64,000 nucleotides of DNA from Marispirochaeta sp. (GTDB taxonomy: Bacteria; Spirochaetota; Spirochaetia; JC444; Marispirochaetaceae): positions 544,001-608,000 of the forward strand of contig CAXXFF010000002.1 in NCBI GenBank assembly GCA_963676835.2, written 5' to 3'. Under the pieces are notes generated by a model, which was not told where the DNA came from, did not search any database, and worked only from the letters and a program-made list of their open reading frames with translations. Positions 1-10,194 of this stretch are shown here, piece by piece. The number at the start of each line of letters is the position of its first letter. Position 1 is the first letter of the stretch. The translations under genes and the position numbers were made by a program.

Positions 1-1
1 G

Positions 2-262
2 CGGCAAAGTGCATCAGCAACAATCCGGCGGCTGATTGAAGCGGCAATGAAAGAAGCCTCCCCGGAAGAAAAGACCAGAGAGGCTATCGATGCTGCAGGC
101 AAGTTTCTCTGGACCATGGCCGGAAACCTGTCAGATTTTGAAGAAGCATCCCGGGCGTTGTACGCACAGAAATGGCATATTCTTGATGCAATCACAGCAG
201 CCTGGCCGGAAGATATCGCAAAGCATCTGAACATGATGCTTAAGGCGACAGGCAAACAGTAG
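2..262 (+). CDS. DUF2239-like protein, 5'-partial (frame is open from the window start)
   Basis: Frame reads RQSASATIRRLIEAAM...AAGKFLWTMAGNLSDFEEASRALYA, resembling the DUF2239 C-terminus from memory. Confidence 0.55.
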   Translation, partial: RQSASATIRRLIEAAMKEASPEEKTREAIDAAGKFLWTMAGNLSDFEEASRALYAQKWHILDAITAAWPEDIAKHLNMMLKATGKQ

Positions 263-294
263 ATGCGCTCGTTATACGGGCTTCACAATTTTAA

Positions 295-768
295 TCAGCA
301 GCTTTCCAGCAGGCTCTGAAGTACTCGTTCCCATGCTGCATTAAAGTAATCAAAAACAGCATCCCAGGAGGGATCATTCGGCCATCCAAGATGATGTATT
401 TCTACCTCGGTTGACTCGTCTGTCAGAGTATTGAACAGAACGACAACCCAGGTTGGATTTACTCCTCCACGGATATCCGGGAACAGGGGAGGAGCATTCC
501 AGGAAAAAGAGAGCATTCTCTGAGGGAGATATGAGAGAATCCTGCATCCTTCAGAACCTCTCTCTCCCGGGGGATTATCCATAAGAAAATAGATCTCAAA
601 GGCTCCGCCGGGCACCAGTTCAACTTTATTATCAGCTCCGAAAAAGGTCTTCAAGCCCTCACTGGTGGTCCATTTATCCCATACAGCCCCGGAGGAAAGG
701 GGGATAAGCTCAGATTTGATAATACTTCTTCGATGTTCAGCCATATTACTCTCCTGTTCTTCTACCAT
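295..768 (-). CDS. SRPBCC/AHSA1 (START-like) domain protein
   Basis: VWDKWTTSEGLKTFFG...ELVPGG...LSFSW...YFNAAWERVLQSL pattern. Confidence 0.8.
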   Translation of the reverse strand: MVEEQESNMAEHRRSIIKSELIPLSSGAVWDKWTTSEGLKTFFGADNKVELVPGGAFEIYFLMDNPPGERGSEGCRILSYLPQRMLSFSWNAPPLFPDIRGGVNPTWVVVLFNTLTDESTEVEIHHLGWPNDPSWDAVFDYFNAAWERVLQSLLESC

Positions 769-929
769 CTAAAATGCTTCAGGAAAGAAGACAGGACAAG
801 AATAATCCGCAGAAATGAGTAACGGCAGAATTCCATTCTGGAGTGTAAATGAACCAGTCGAAATCACATGGGATGGTGATTTTTCATAAGGTGTAGTAAG
901 GTTAATCAATATTTTCGGGGAGAGTATTT

Positions 930-2063
930 ATGACTCTGGCAATACATTTAGACCTGCTGGTTTATTCCCTTCTCATTTCTTTATTTCTGCTCATCTACAT
1001 AACAAAAAACTACTCTTTCTCCGAGTACTCCACCGGCTTGTTTGCAGCAATTATCATTTCAACCAGTTGTGTATTGCTTCTGGAAATCTCCACCTGGCTG
1101 GTAGATGGAAATGACTCTCCGGCCATGCGTATCCTTAACTATTTGACCAACTCTGTGCTCACCTCATTAGAATATATACCGGGGTTTTTCTGGCTCCTCT
1201 ATTTCGATTACAAGATCATCGATGATTTTGAAGCCGCAAAAAAGAGAGCTCCTTTTTACCTGCTTCCAGGGGTAATTATTCTCGGCATTGTCCTTTTCTC
1301 ACTTAGAACTGGATTCCTGTTTTTTCTCCAGCCCGGCAATGTCTATACCAGAGGTCCGGGGGTCTATGCAGTCTCTGGCATCTACTATATTCAGTATATT
1401 ATTGCTTTCTTTATAGCAGTACGACACAGAAGAAACGTAAATGCCGAACTGGTTCTTTCATTGGTTGCATACTTTACCCTTCCCCTTCTGGCTATGATTC
1501 TTCAGATAGCTTTTTATGGAGCAACATTAATCTGGCCAATGTTCACCCTGGTAAACCTCATTGCCTTTATCCTGCTGGAAAAGGATGTGATGCTGCGGGA
1601 TCCTCTAACCGGTATCTATACCCGGGGCGAGTTTCAGCAGAAGGTTTTTCGTCTTATAAAAGCCAAAAAACCCTTTACCCTGATTATGTTTGATCTGGAC
1701 AAGTTTAAGGAAATAAACGATACCTACGGCCATCAGGCAGGAGATGATGCCTTAATCGAACTCGTCAGTCTGGTAACTGTGGAAAAAAGAAAAACCGATA
1801 TCTTCTGCCGATACGGTGGCGATGAGTTTATGATCCTCATGCAAAGCGACAATCCCAATGTCGGGCAGTATCTCAAAGAACGGATCGAAAACTCTGTCTT
1901 AATCCGCAACAAGTCCAGCGAAAAAGAGTATTCCCTCTTCATGAGTTTCGGAATTGTTCATGTCGGAAAAGATAATGAAAGCAGCCAACAAAAAATTCTG
2001 GAAGAAGTTGACATGCAGATGTATCAGGAAAAATCTGTCAACAGGAAGAAGCACAAGGGGTAA
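930..2063 (+). CDS. Membrane-bound GGDEF-domain diguanylate cyclase
   Basis: Multiple N-terminal TM helices, DPLTG, DLDKFKEINDTYGHQAGD, RYGGDEF. Confidence 0.9.
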   Translation: MTLAIHLDLLVYSLLISLFLLIYITKNYSFSEYSTGLFAAIIISTSCVLLLEISTWLVDGNDSPAMRILNYLTNSVLTSLEYIPGFFWLLYFDYKIIDDFEAAKKRAPFYLLPGVIILGIVLFSLRTGFLFFLQPGNVYTRGPGVYAVSGIYYIQYIIAFFIAVRHRRNVNAELVLSLVAYFTLPLLAMILQIAFYGATLIWPMFTLVNLIAFILLEKDVMLRDPLTGIYTRGEFQQKVFRLIKAKKPFTLIMFDLDKFKEINDTYGHQAGDDALIELVSLVTVEKRKTDIFCRYGGDEFMILMQSDNPNVGQYLKERIENSVLIRNKSSEKEYSLFMSFGIVHVGKDNESSQQKILEEVDMQMYQEKSVNRKKHKG

Positions 2064-2081
2064 AAACACGCCCGTCAACGG

Positions 2082-2480
2082 TCAGCCCAGGGCAACGACT
2101 AAACCTGCAATAAACTGTATCAGTGCCACCGGCGCCCAGATCCGCTCTATTTTGCTCGGTGTTATGGTATTCATCACTGTCCCGAACAGGTAAAACACAA
2201 CGACAAACCAGACTGCAATTTTTGCAAAGTTCAGCATACCCGGCAGCAGAACTTCAGCACGGGTTAGAATAATACCACCCATAAACGCAAGAATCGCCAT
2301 ATTGACCAGTGCAGCAAGTCGCATTTTCGGCGGGTATTTGCCTGGAAACCTGCCGCCCATGGATGCGGATCCCCACGGCAGTCCCAGGGCAAGGCATGCC
2401 TGAAACAGAACCAGAATTCCACTGAAAAAGGCAAAAATCAGGGCTGCTATTGTCTGCATAATGATTTGTAACTCCTGCAT
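2082..2480 (-). CDS. Small integral membrane protein
   Basis: About four hydrophobic helices; LALGLPWG...MGG motif. Confidence 0.7.
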   Translation of the reverse strand: MQELQIIMQTIAALIFAFFSGILVLFQACLALGLPWGSASMGGRFPGKYPPKMRLAALVNMAILAFMGGIILTRAEVLLPGMLNFAKIAVWFVVVFYLFGTVMNTITPSKIERIWAPVALIQFIAGLVVALG

Positions 2481-2528
2481 AAAAATTACACAGGAAGTTG
2501 TACAAAATCAAATCTGGCTGGAGCTGTT

Positions 2529-2990
2529 TTACAGCCCGGAAGCCTTGCCTGTTATTTCCTTAATATCAATCCTGAGAATGGTTACTTTTGACACAGCTTT
2601 CTCAGGAATATCCCAATCATCCTTACCGGTATGCTGGGCCATAATTAGGTTAAGGGCGGCAATTTTTTCAGAGGGATCTTTAACTTCAGAAACTGTTCCG
2701 GTGGCAATTACAGAACGGAATTTAGTACCATAACCGCAGGCATTTTCGGAAGTAACCAGCTCTATGGAATCGGAAATTTCAACACATACATTATTGTTAC
2801 TGCGTATAATCTGCAGTTTCCTGCCCTCAACTGCGGTATGCAGGAAAATAGAGTTATCCTTGTACCCGTAGTTCATGGGAATCACATAAGGAAAAATACC
2901 GTCGCTTAATGCTACCCTGCAAATAGTATTGGTGGATAAAATCTCATGTATCATCTTCGGATCAGTAATCTGCTTGTCTGTTCTTCTCAT
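2529..2990 (-). CDS. Pyridoxamine 5'-phosphate oxidase-like flavin-binding protein (NimA-like)
   Basis: MRRTDKQI, PYVIPMNYGY, HTAVEGRK, FRSVIATG, ITGK. Confidence 0.85.
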   Translation of the reverse strand: MRRTDKQITDPKMIHEILSTNTICRVALSDGIFPYVIPMNYGYKDNSIFLHTAVEGRKLQIIRSNNNVCVEISDSIELVTSENACGYGTKFRSVIATGTVSEVKDPSEKIAALNLIMAQHTGKDDWDIPEKAVSKVTILRIDIKEITGKASGL

Positions 2991-2991
2991 A

Positions 2992-4518
2992 TCACAACTC
3001 TTCTTTATTGCATTTATTTATCGGACGAAAAGGCTCTTTCACAATTAAAATATTTTCCTTTATTAATTTCTCAACCTTTATCATCCAGGTAGTATCAACC
3101 AGGCTTTTCAGAAAATAATTATCGTGGCTGACAAGCAAAACAGCACATTCTGATTCCTTCAGAGTCTGTTCAAGACATTCTGCAGAACCAAGATCCATAT
3201 GATTCGTTGGCTCGTCCATAATCAGAATTGCCGGGGATTGAATAAACCCTTCCGACAACATGAGTTTACGCAACTCTCCCGGACTCGGCATCCCGGACTC
3301 AATCACCCTTACGGGATCAGAACCCAACCTGTCCATTGAAGCATAAATATCCGCCTTAATATTCCCCGGAAGAGTTCTTATTCTTTGCATAAATGAAGCA
3401 GTTTCATCTGGAGGGATTTCCTGTGGAATATAAAGACATTTTTTCATTGGAACAGACTGAAGAATAAATTTAATTAAACTGGATTTTCCCGAGCCGTTTG
3501 GTCCGACAATCCCGATCCGATCCCCCGGCTTTACTTCCAGGTCAGGAAAATGAAGAGTCTTTGCGCCTATATCAACTGAACCGGATGGTATCCTGAAGAT
3601 AAAATCTGACCGCAAAGCACTATAATCAGCGTAAATCTTGAAGTCCCGCTGCTGTTTTACATTAATCCCGTCCAGTTTCTCTTCTTCCGTGATAATCCTG
3701 TTCTGTATTCTGGTAAATAACTTCCCCTGAACTGCATCACGTCCCGTCAACTTTGCCAGATCAAGCTTTGCCCTCCCATCGTGATCTTTTCGATGAAGAT
3801 TCTTTTTTGATCTATCTGAATCAGCTCTTGCAGCCAGATTCTTTTTCCGTGTCGCCTCAATCTTCAGTTTTTTTACCTTTTTCTGCAGTTGTGCCCTTGT
3901 GTGTACTGCCTCTGCATGCTCACGAGACACTTCCGTTCTACCGGATTCATAATTACCCGGTCGCAAAACAGCCCTGGGTGGATCAAGAAAAAGGCAATGC
4001 CCGGGAAGTGAATTCAGAAGCATTCTATCATGACTTACAAGAAGCCCGGTTCCACGAAAGAGGGATAAAGAATTGTACACCAACTCTCTGCTTTCAAAAT
4101 CCAGATGGTTGGTTGGCTCATCAGCCAGAAGAATGTCCGGTTCTCCGCTTAAAGCACAGGCAATCTGGAAACGGATACGCTCACCGAAACTCAGAGTATT
4201 CCATCTCTCAGCCCAGTCATTCTCTATTCCAAGAATTCCCTTTAGTCTCATGGTATGATGAGAGTAGTCGAATAAAAACTGTTCTGTTTCAGCAGGAAGA
4301 GCAATGGAATTCTGGGAGCAGTAAGCAGCTGTTCCCAAGACTGTCACACTACCGCTCAACGGCTTGAGATTGCCTGCAAGTAAATTTAAAAGAGTAGTTT
4401 TGCCGCAACCATTTTTCCCGACTACTGCAGTCCATCCGTCTGAGAATGTACAGGAAAGATTGGTAAATAATGGAGATGTGAATCCGAATGTCAGGTTATT
4501 TATAATTATACCGGTCAT
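2992..4518 (-). CDS. ABC-F family ATP-binding protein (possible ribosome-protection type)
   Basis: Two ABC domains (GKNGCGKTT/LSFGE/DEPTNHLD; GPNGSGKSS/DEPTNHMD), basic linker, no TM segments. Confidence 0.85.
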   Translation of the reverse strand: MTGIIINNLTFGFTSPLFTNLSCTFSDGWTAVVGKNGCGKTTLLNLLAGNLKPLSGSVTVLGTAAYCSQNSIALPAETEQFLFDYSHHTMRLKGILGIENDWAERWNTLSFGERIRFQIACALSGEPDILLADEPTNHLDFESRELVYNSLSLFRGTGLLVSHDRMLLNSLPGHCLFLDPPRAVLRPGNYESGRTEVSREHAEAVHTRAQLQKKVKKLKIEATRKKNLAARADSDRSKKNLHRKDHDGRAKLDLAKLTGRDAVQGKLFTRIQNRIITEEEKLDGINVKQQRDFKIYADYSALRSDFIFRIPSGSVDIGAKTLHFPDLEVKPGDRIGIVGPNGSGKSSLIKFILQSVPMKKCLYIPQEIPPDETASFMQRIRTLPGNIKADIYASMDRLGSDPVRVIESGMPSPGELRKLMLSEGFIQSPAILIMDEPTNHMDLGSAECLEQTLKESECAVLLVSHDNYFLKSLVDTTWMIKVEKLIKENILIVKEPFRPINKCNKEEL

Positions 4519-4644
4519 AGCTTCCTCCCGAAAGCAGCAACCGGGCCTGTTTATTTAAATCTGAAATTTAATTCAGTAAGCTTGCCCGGGAAACGGATGT
4601 GCAGAAATTCACAATCGAGATAAAAATTTTTGTGAAAATCCGCC

Positions 4645-4720
4645 TTATATCCTCATTTCCCCTGAAACTCCAGTAAGTAACTATTTCTTTCACAGTAACA
4701 ACGGCAGACAATCCTGTCAA
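4645..4720 (-). promoter_or_regulatory. Sigma70-type promoter plus 3-codon uORF (MRI*) in the ABC-F leader
   Basis: Minus strand TTGACA (4720-4715)-17 nt-TACTGT (4697-4692); ATG AGG ATA TAA at 4656-4645. Confidence 0.5.
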
Positions 4721-4943
4721 TCTGATAATTCAGCAGGATGCAGTCTCAGTATCTTCTTGATTTACTCCATCTATATACTGCAGCTCCATCAAAACAGAAC
4801 ATCCCGTTTTTACAGTTTTATTTAGTACCTTTCGAAACTGATTTTCAGGAGATTTTTCCCTGAATGTTCCGGTTCTACTTTTTTCATAATACTCTCCAGC
4901 TATTTTACCCGAGCCCAGGTGAAAGCTGTAAGTTGAGATGAAT

Positions 4944-5360
4944 TTACCGAAGTATTTCTTCCAATTTATTCAATACCTGCTCATTGGCAGGTTTAATCAC
5001 AGGTAGAATTTTTTCCAGCAATTCCGGATCATCAAAAACCTGTAGAAAATTTAGAATAGAACCTGTATCAGTTCTCTCAATCGTTAATGTAACCGTAAAA
5101 TACGGCATCCCGTCATGCCGGATAATAACTTCATCAGGTTTGCTTATAGAGATGAACCTGTTTTCATTCGGATATTCTTTTCCATCCGGGCCTATCATGG
5201 TAAAAATCCATCGACCATCCTCTTTGAATTCAAAAATATCGAATTTACACGAGAACCCTTCGGGGCCCCACCATTTAGCCAGTTTTTCTTTATCCTCTAT
5301 AGCATTGAAAAGTATTTCCGGTTCTACAGGAAATTCTCTTTGACTAACAAACTGGTGCAT
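4944..5360 (-). CDS. SRPBCC/AHSA1 domain protein
   Basis: LAKWWGPEGF...GRWIFTMIGPDGKEYPN. Confidence 0.85.
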   Translation of the reverse strand: MHQFVSQREFPVEPEILFNAIEDKEKLAKWWGPEGFSCKFDIFEFKEDGRWIFTMIGPDGKEYPNENRFISISKPDEVIIRHDGMPYFTVTLTIERTDTGSILNFLQVFDDPELLEKILPVIKPANEQVLNKLEEILR

Positions 5361-5409
5361 AAAGTCTCCTTTATTTTTAAAGTATCCTATTCCACCTGTT
5401 TGTCAATTA

Positions 5410-5808
5410 TTATTTGCAGAAGATGAGTTCTATGATAAAAGATACCCCAATCACAGCCAGCAACAACATCACATTGATTAAGCCATAGATCACTGCTTCT
5501 TTCCGGGGAGGCTTCAGATCAAACTTTGAAGGTAAAAAATACACAATCTGGAAGAAAAGAAAAATAAATGAAGTATTTGTAACTCTGGCAAGAAAAACAC
5601 TTTTACTTTCTTTCAGATAATCAAACAGATAATAGCTTGAATCAAGTGCCATCAGAATTATACTTGCTGCAAGAACCAGAATCAGGTTCAGACCTGCCTG
5701 GAAAATAATCCAGCCTCTTATACTTCGTAATTTACTGAAGCCAGCCAGTAAGCCAATAACATAAATAATGAAAACAGCTCCGAGTAATACAGCTTCTAAC
5801 CAATGCAT
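5410..5808 (-). CDS. Hypothetical membrane protein
   Basis: 132-aa ORF with about four hydrophobic segments. Confidence 0.6.
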   Translation of the reverse strand: MHWLEAVLLGAVFIIYVIGLLAGFSKLRSIRGWIIFQAGLNLILVLAASIILMALDSSYYLFDYLKESKSVFLARVTNTSFIFLFFQIVYFLPSKFDLKPPRKEAVIYGLINVMLLLAVIGVSFIIELIFCK

Positions 5809-5875
5809 TCAATAGTATCCTGCGCCGGACTTGGTATGATTTTCTTCAACTTAGACATAAGACCAGACATTCAAC

Positions 5876-6310
5876 TCACTTACAATCTGGAACATTTTTA
5901 TCTATCTGCTTCCCCATGCTGATACGTTCTTCAACTTTGTACCCATTCTTTCTATAAAATTCCTGTACATCGCTGTTTGAACTTACAACCTGAAGATTTA
6001 TCTTCATACAGCCTTTTTCAGACAGAGAGTCTTCCGCAAACTGTAAGAGCTTTGATCCGATCCCTTTATTTCTATATGCCGGTGATACCGCCAGAGAGTA
6101 AATCCACCCTCTGTGACCATCATATCCGGTCATTACAGTACCGATGACCATGGTTTCATCCATGGCAATGTAGAGCTGATCATCAATTTCCAGCTTTTTA
6201 TCTATAGATAACCCCGGTTCGTTTCTTACATCGGTATAGCCGAACACTGTTTTCCAGAGTTCAATCACCTGTTTGCGGTGCATTAAATTGTTGTATTTTT
6301 TTATGTGCAT
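5876..6310 (-). CDS. GNAT acetyltransferase (YpeA-like)
   Basis: GTVMTGYDGHRGWIYSLAVSPAYRNKGIG, KINLQV, FYRKNGY. Confidence 0.9.
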   Translation of the reverse strand: MHIKKYNNLMHRKQVIELWKTVFGYTDVRNEPGLSIDKKLEIDDQLYIAMDETMVIGTVMTGYDGHRGWIYSLAVSPAYRNKGIGSKLLQFAEDSLSEKGCMKINLQVVSSNSDVQEFYRKNGYKVEERISMGKQIDKNVPDCK

Positions 6311-6319
6311 CTTCTATAA

Positions 6320-6733
6320 TCACTCCGAAAGCACAAAATCCCCTGAAGAACTCCGTTTCAGCCTGACGATGTTGTGAACCGCCTCTTTGTTGATAGTACC
6401 ATAGATATGAGGAAACAGCTCTTCAGCTCCACTGAGGTTCTCATATACACATTTGGAATTCAGCTTCTCTTCTATAATTTCCAGAGCAATGACTTGTGAT
6501 TCGCCTCCATAATGCTTTTTCAGAACATTACTCAACTGGGTTTTCGTACAGCAATGAAGAAAATCATTCGACAACAGCTGAACCTTACCATATTCTGGAT
6601 CATCATAGTGATTATGAAACTGCTCTACAGTCAAAATATGATAAAATACTTTTTTCTTTTCCACTAAGTACCTTCCTTTTTTATAACAGCATATAAGCCG
6701 CAAAGAGAATGCTGTCACAAAATGCTTACCCAA
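6320..6733 (-). CDS. DUF952-like protein (true start probably downstream of 6733)
   Basis: FYHI...FLHCCT...ELFPHIYGTIN. Confidence 0.75.
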   Translation of the reverse strand: MGKHFVTAFSLRLICCYKKGRYLVEKKKVFYHILTVEQFHNHYDDPEYGKVQLLSNDFLHCCTKTQLSNVLKKHYGGESQVIALEIIEEKLNSKCVYENLSGAEELFPHIYGTINKEAVHNIVRLKRSSSGDFVLSE

Positions 6734-7217
6734 GAATAGAATCTCTCAAGGCAAAAATTGCATTGAAATAGAACAGACAAAAAGCAAAAAAACGTAGAAA
6801 CGAAACTGATATATTTTCAATCAGAGAAGGATTCTGGTATTTTTTATCAGACCCTATTATACAGCAAAAAAGAAGGTAAACACCGGCGTATATATAATTA
6901 TTATTTATAAAGTTTACCTGAAGAAACAAAAGAACAATGCCTGTTCCTGTGGACAATACTGCAGGGAGCCATTGAAAAATAATACCGCACAATTTAAATA
7001 TAAGTTTCTGTAATACAAAAGCCACAAAGAAGAATAAAACAAACATTATGTAGAAAAGGTACTTCGCAATATGGACCATACTGACAGACCCGATCGAAGC
7101 CGGCAAAAGTCTCAACCAGAATACCACGTATATAATAAAGGGGAGAATCAACAGTACTGCAGCTTTTCTGTTTCTAAACTGTGTAATGTCATTATCAAAA
7201 AACAATTGTGCTTTCAT
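6726..7217 (-). CDS. Hypothetical membrane protein
   Basis: Highly hydrophobic 163-aa ORF. Confidence 0.6.
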   Translation of the reverse strand: MKAQLFFDNDITQFRNRKAAVLLILPFIIYVVFWLRLLPASIGSVSMVHIAKYLFYIMFVLFFFVAFVLQKLIFKLCGIIFQWLPAVLSTGTGIVLLFLQVNFINNNYIYAGVYLLFCCIIGSDKKYQNPSLIENISVSFLRFFAFCLFYFNAIFALRDSILG

Positions 7218-7253
7218 GTTTGCCTTTTTGTTAAAACATTGAAGAAAAGCAGA

Positions 7254-7619
7254 CTAAATCCAAATATCATTCGGCGCAGTTTGCGCTCCCCCGGCGTCCC
7301 CCGTATTGAGTGTTCCGGCAGGTTCGATCAAAAGAATTTTACATTCTTTTTCTGCATATGGTTTATGCTTCACCCCTTTTGGAATAACCAGCATCTCTCC
7401 TGCATGTAATGTCTTCTCTGTCTCATCAAAATCAATCCTTAAGACCCCTTCGATGACAACAAATACTTCATCAGTTTCTTTATGATCATGCCAGGTAAAA
7501 TCCCCCTCTACACGGGCAAGTTTAAAATGATAATCGTTCATTTGTGCAATAATCTTCGGAGCCCACAGATCAGAGAATAACTCAAACTTCTGCTTAAAAT
7601 TCACGACTGCATTGTTCAT
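7254..7619 (-). CDS. Cupin domain protein
   Basis: [13 protein letters not shown]...[14 protein letters not shown]. Confidence 0.9.
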   Translation of the reverse strand: MNNAVVNFKQKFELFSDLWAPKIIAQMNDYHFKLARVEGDFTWHDHKETDEVFVVIEGVLRIDFDETEKTLHAGEMLVIPKGVKHKPYAEKECKILLIEPAGTLNTGDAGGAQTAPNDIWI

Positions 7620-7699
7620 GACGTCTCCTCTATCATGGATTTACTTTTCCCATTTCTTGAACCTTTCATTCCTCCATTACTTGAAATACAAAATGGGTA

Positions 7700-8020
7700 C
7701 TATTTATTCTTCTTAGCCTTTTTTACCGGTACTTTAATAACTTTCTCAAGCTCATCTATTATTTTGAAAAAATTATCATTATCCTCAACATCAACTACGT
7801 AATGTTCCTTTGCTCCAGCATAAGGAAATCCTGTTTCTTCTTTAAGATACGGCTTAAGACAATCCAGCTTTTTTGCATACACCGTATTGTTACAGACAAG
7901 CAATATCGGTTTATCGTTTACATAAACCATATATTCCCCAAACATTTTCCTGTATCTTTTATTCCACCGATTATCAATCTGATCGTAGACAAATTCTATA
8001 AATTCTGGTGTTGTTGCCAT
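7700..8020 (-). CDS. TfoX N-terminal-like protein
   Basis: YRKMFGEYMVY...LLVCNNTVYAK...YAGAK. Confidence 0.75.
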   Translation of the reverse strand: MATTPEFIEFVYDQIDNRWNKRYRKMFGEYMVYVNDKPILLVCNNTVYAKKLDCLKPYLKEETGFPYAGAKEHYVVDVEDNDNFFKIIDELEKVIKVPVKKAKKNK

Positions 8021-8030
8021 CGTTATCTCA

Positions 8031-8423
8031 TTAATCCTTATTAAATGATCCTATCTCAATTAAGTTTCCTTCAGGATCTGCGACATAGCAAGTTCTTTGT
8101 CCCCAGGGTTCAGTGGTAGGTTCGAGTACCGAGACTGCTCCCTTACCAATGACTTCAGCGTATGTTTTATCAACGGCACTATAATTCTCAACTCCTAAGG
8201 CAATTTCAAAGTGGGCATTGAATTTCTTCACATACTCAAAACTTCTATTTACCATTTTCTCAAAATCGGTGCGTCTATAAAGCAGGAATAAAGTTCCATC
8301 TTTCTCCAGATATACATTTGTTGCATTCTCATCTTCTTTTATATTAAATCCAAGAACCTCTCTGTAAAAGCGTATCATCACAGTCATATCTTTCACAAAG
8401 ATTCCAAATCCTTCCAGTTTCAT
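8031..8423 (-). CDS. VOC/glyoxalase family protein
   Basis: FYREVLGF, EPWGQRTCYVADPEGNLIEI. Confidence 0.9.
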   Translation of the reverse strand: MKLEGFGIFVKDMTVMIRFYREVLGFNIKEDENATNVYLEKDGTLFLLYRRTDFEKMVNRSFEYVKKFNAHFEIALGVENYSAVDKTYAEVIGKGAVSVLEPTTEPWGQRTCYVADPEGNLIEIGSFNKD

Positions 8424-8495
8424 TGCTGCTCCAATCTTGTATCTTCAGAAATCTGTAAAAGGAAAATTTCATGCAGGAACGCTGTATGCTCATTA

Positions 8496-8753
8496 TCAGG
8501 AAATAGTTTTTATCAGCGTAAGTAACAGAACAATAAAAACAGGGAGCAGAATAAATACACCAACCAGAAAACTTATTAAAAACCACTTGCTTCGGTCCTT
8601 TAGTAAAGCTTCCCTTTTTCCGCTATCAAGCTCTCCGTTTAAAGATTTCCTCTGCTGAATCTCAAGCTCAATAACCTTCCAGGTGAATAAAAGAACAAGT
8701 AGAAATACTATAATTAAAAATGGTTTAGTCAAAAAAATGTAACAGAGGATCAT
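8496..8753 (-). CDS. Small hypothetical membrane protein
   Basis: Two TM helices, 85 aa. Confidence 0.45.
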   Translation of the reverse strand: MILCYIFLTKPFLIIVFLLVLLFTWKVIELEIQQRKSLNGELDSGKREALLKDRSKWFLISFLVGVFILLPVFIVLLLTLIKTIS

Positions 8754-9081
8754 CCTCTTCTTCCTCTATTAATGGCATCGAGGTGATCAAAATCACATCA
8801 CCTTCTATTTTCAGTCCATATTTTCTTAATCTGGGAGCATCCTGATTAAGACACTCTCCGCTTACCAGATTAAATTTCCATCCATGACGGGGACAGGTTG
8901 CTACATCGCCGGAAATATGCCCTCCGGTAATATCCGCCCCCTGGTGCTTACAGCCGACTTCAATGGCATAAAATTCCGAATTCCGCCCCTTGATAATGCC
9001 GACTTTTCTGCCCAATATGGTAACACTTTTTATTCGGGTATTCTTGAATTCATTAACATTGGCCGCTTTGATATAGTCCAA
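8725..9081 (-). CDS. Rieske (2Fe-2S) ferredoxin-like protein
   Basis: CKHQG...CPRHGWKFNLVSGEC. Confidence 0.85.
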   Translation of the reverse strand: MDYIKAANVNEFKNTRIKSVTILGRKVGIIKGRNSEFYAIEVGCKHQGADITGGHISGDVATCPRHGWKFNLVSGECLNQDAPRLRKYGLKIEGDVILITSMPLIEEEEDDPLLHFFD

Positions 9082-9185
9082 TTCGGGTTATCCTGCCTTG
9101 TGTTTAAAGACTGTAGTAAGTAGTAAGTTTAAGTATACTATATAGAGACCATGGCTTGCGATTTTTATATGTCTTTAGTTCGGTC

Positions 9186-9220
9186 TTTTCCCATAATATT
9201 TCGCTGTTATACGGGGAAAA
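9186..9220. repeat. Collapsed remnant of an array recombination site
   Basis: TTTTCCCATAATATTTCGC-T-GTTATACGGGGAAAA retains the TTCGC-T-GTTA end shared by intact sites. Confidence 0.45.
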
Positions 9221-9445
9221 GCACCGCAAGAAGAAGAGTACCCACTCCTGTAACTATATTTGCATATATTAAATGGGGTGATACCGCCTATCCCTGTGAT
9301 AATACCGAGAAATAGCCCAGCTGCTGATTGATTTTAGAATCCGTGTGTATTCCGATGATTTCGGACAGTGATTCCGGCGGAAAACGGACAGCTGCCTGAA
9401 GGAAGTAAATCCTCGTCTTCAGTATGATCAGGTGTCCGTTTTGCG

Positions 9446-10186
9446 TCAATCTACAGCATAGAGTTTCCTCCTTACCGAGTCCCCGGTTATTACAATTCTA
9501 TGAGAATGAAAGGCAAGACGGTCCATTATGGCATCGGCAATCGTGGGGTCACCGATAATGCTGTGCCAGTTTTCTACCGGCTGTTGGGCGATCACTATCG
9601 TAGATTTTCTCCGGTGTCGATCTTCAAGGATTTCAAGAAATGCCATCCGTGCAGTATGCTCCAGCGGTTCCAGACCGAAGTCATCGATAATGACCAGCTT
9701 GTTTTTCATTATGCGTGACAAGTGCTTCAGGTAGGTTCCATCATCCCTTGCCGCCGCTATTTCATTGAATAAACGCGTTGTGGAAAAGTAAGCGACGGTA
9801 TACCCATACTGACATGCCTGATGTCCGAAAGCCGATCCAAGAAAACTTTTTCCTCCTCCGGTCGGACCCGTGATGAGCAGGTCCTGCCCCCGGGATATCC
9901 AGGAGCAGGCTGCAAGTCTTAAGATCTGGTTTTTGTCCAGATTCCGGTCGAAGGTATAGTCGATATCTTCAATCGCTGCCTTATAGCGGAAACGGGCCGC
10001 ATTGGCAAGGCGCGCCAGTCGGCGATTGTGTTTCTCATCCCATTCTGAGTCGACAAGGTAGCTGATAACCTCATCGGTTGTAAGATCCATATGGCGTCCG
10101 GTCTCCTGCAGTGTACGGAAGGCCTGTACCATTCCGTGGAGACGCATCTCGGTCATCTTGTTGATTGTCGCCTGATTATTATTCAT
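9446..10186 (-). CDS. istB: IS21 helper ATPase IstB
   Basis: GPTGGGKS Walker A, LVIIDDFG, ADAIMDRL, GDSVR. Confidence 0.95.
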   Translation of the reverse strand: MNNNQATINKMTEMRLHGMVQAFRTLQETGRHMDLTTDEVISYLVDSEWDEKHNRRLARLANAARFRYKAAIEDIDYTFDRNLDKNQILRLAACSWISRGQDLLITGPTGGGKSFLGSAFGHQACQYGYTVAYFSTTRLFNEIAAARDDGTYLKHLSRIMKNKLVIIDDFGLEPLEHTARMAFLEILEDRHRRKSTIVIAQQPVENWHSIIGDPTIADAIMDRLAFHSHRIVITGDSVRRKLYAVD

Positions 10187-10194
10187 CGGTTACC

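Noticed and set aside
4822..4887. 21-codon ORF MKKVEPEHSGKNLLKISFERY as the ABC-F leader peptide
   Set aside because: It lies upstream of the predicted ABC-F promoter, so it is not in the leader; may be a gene remnant.
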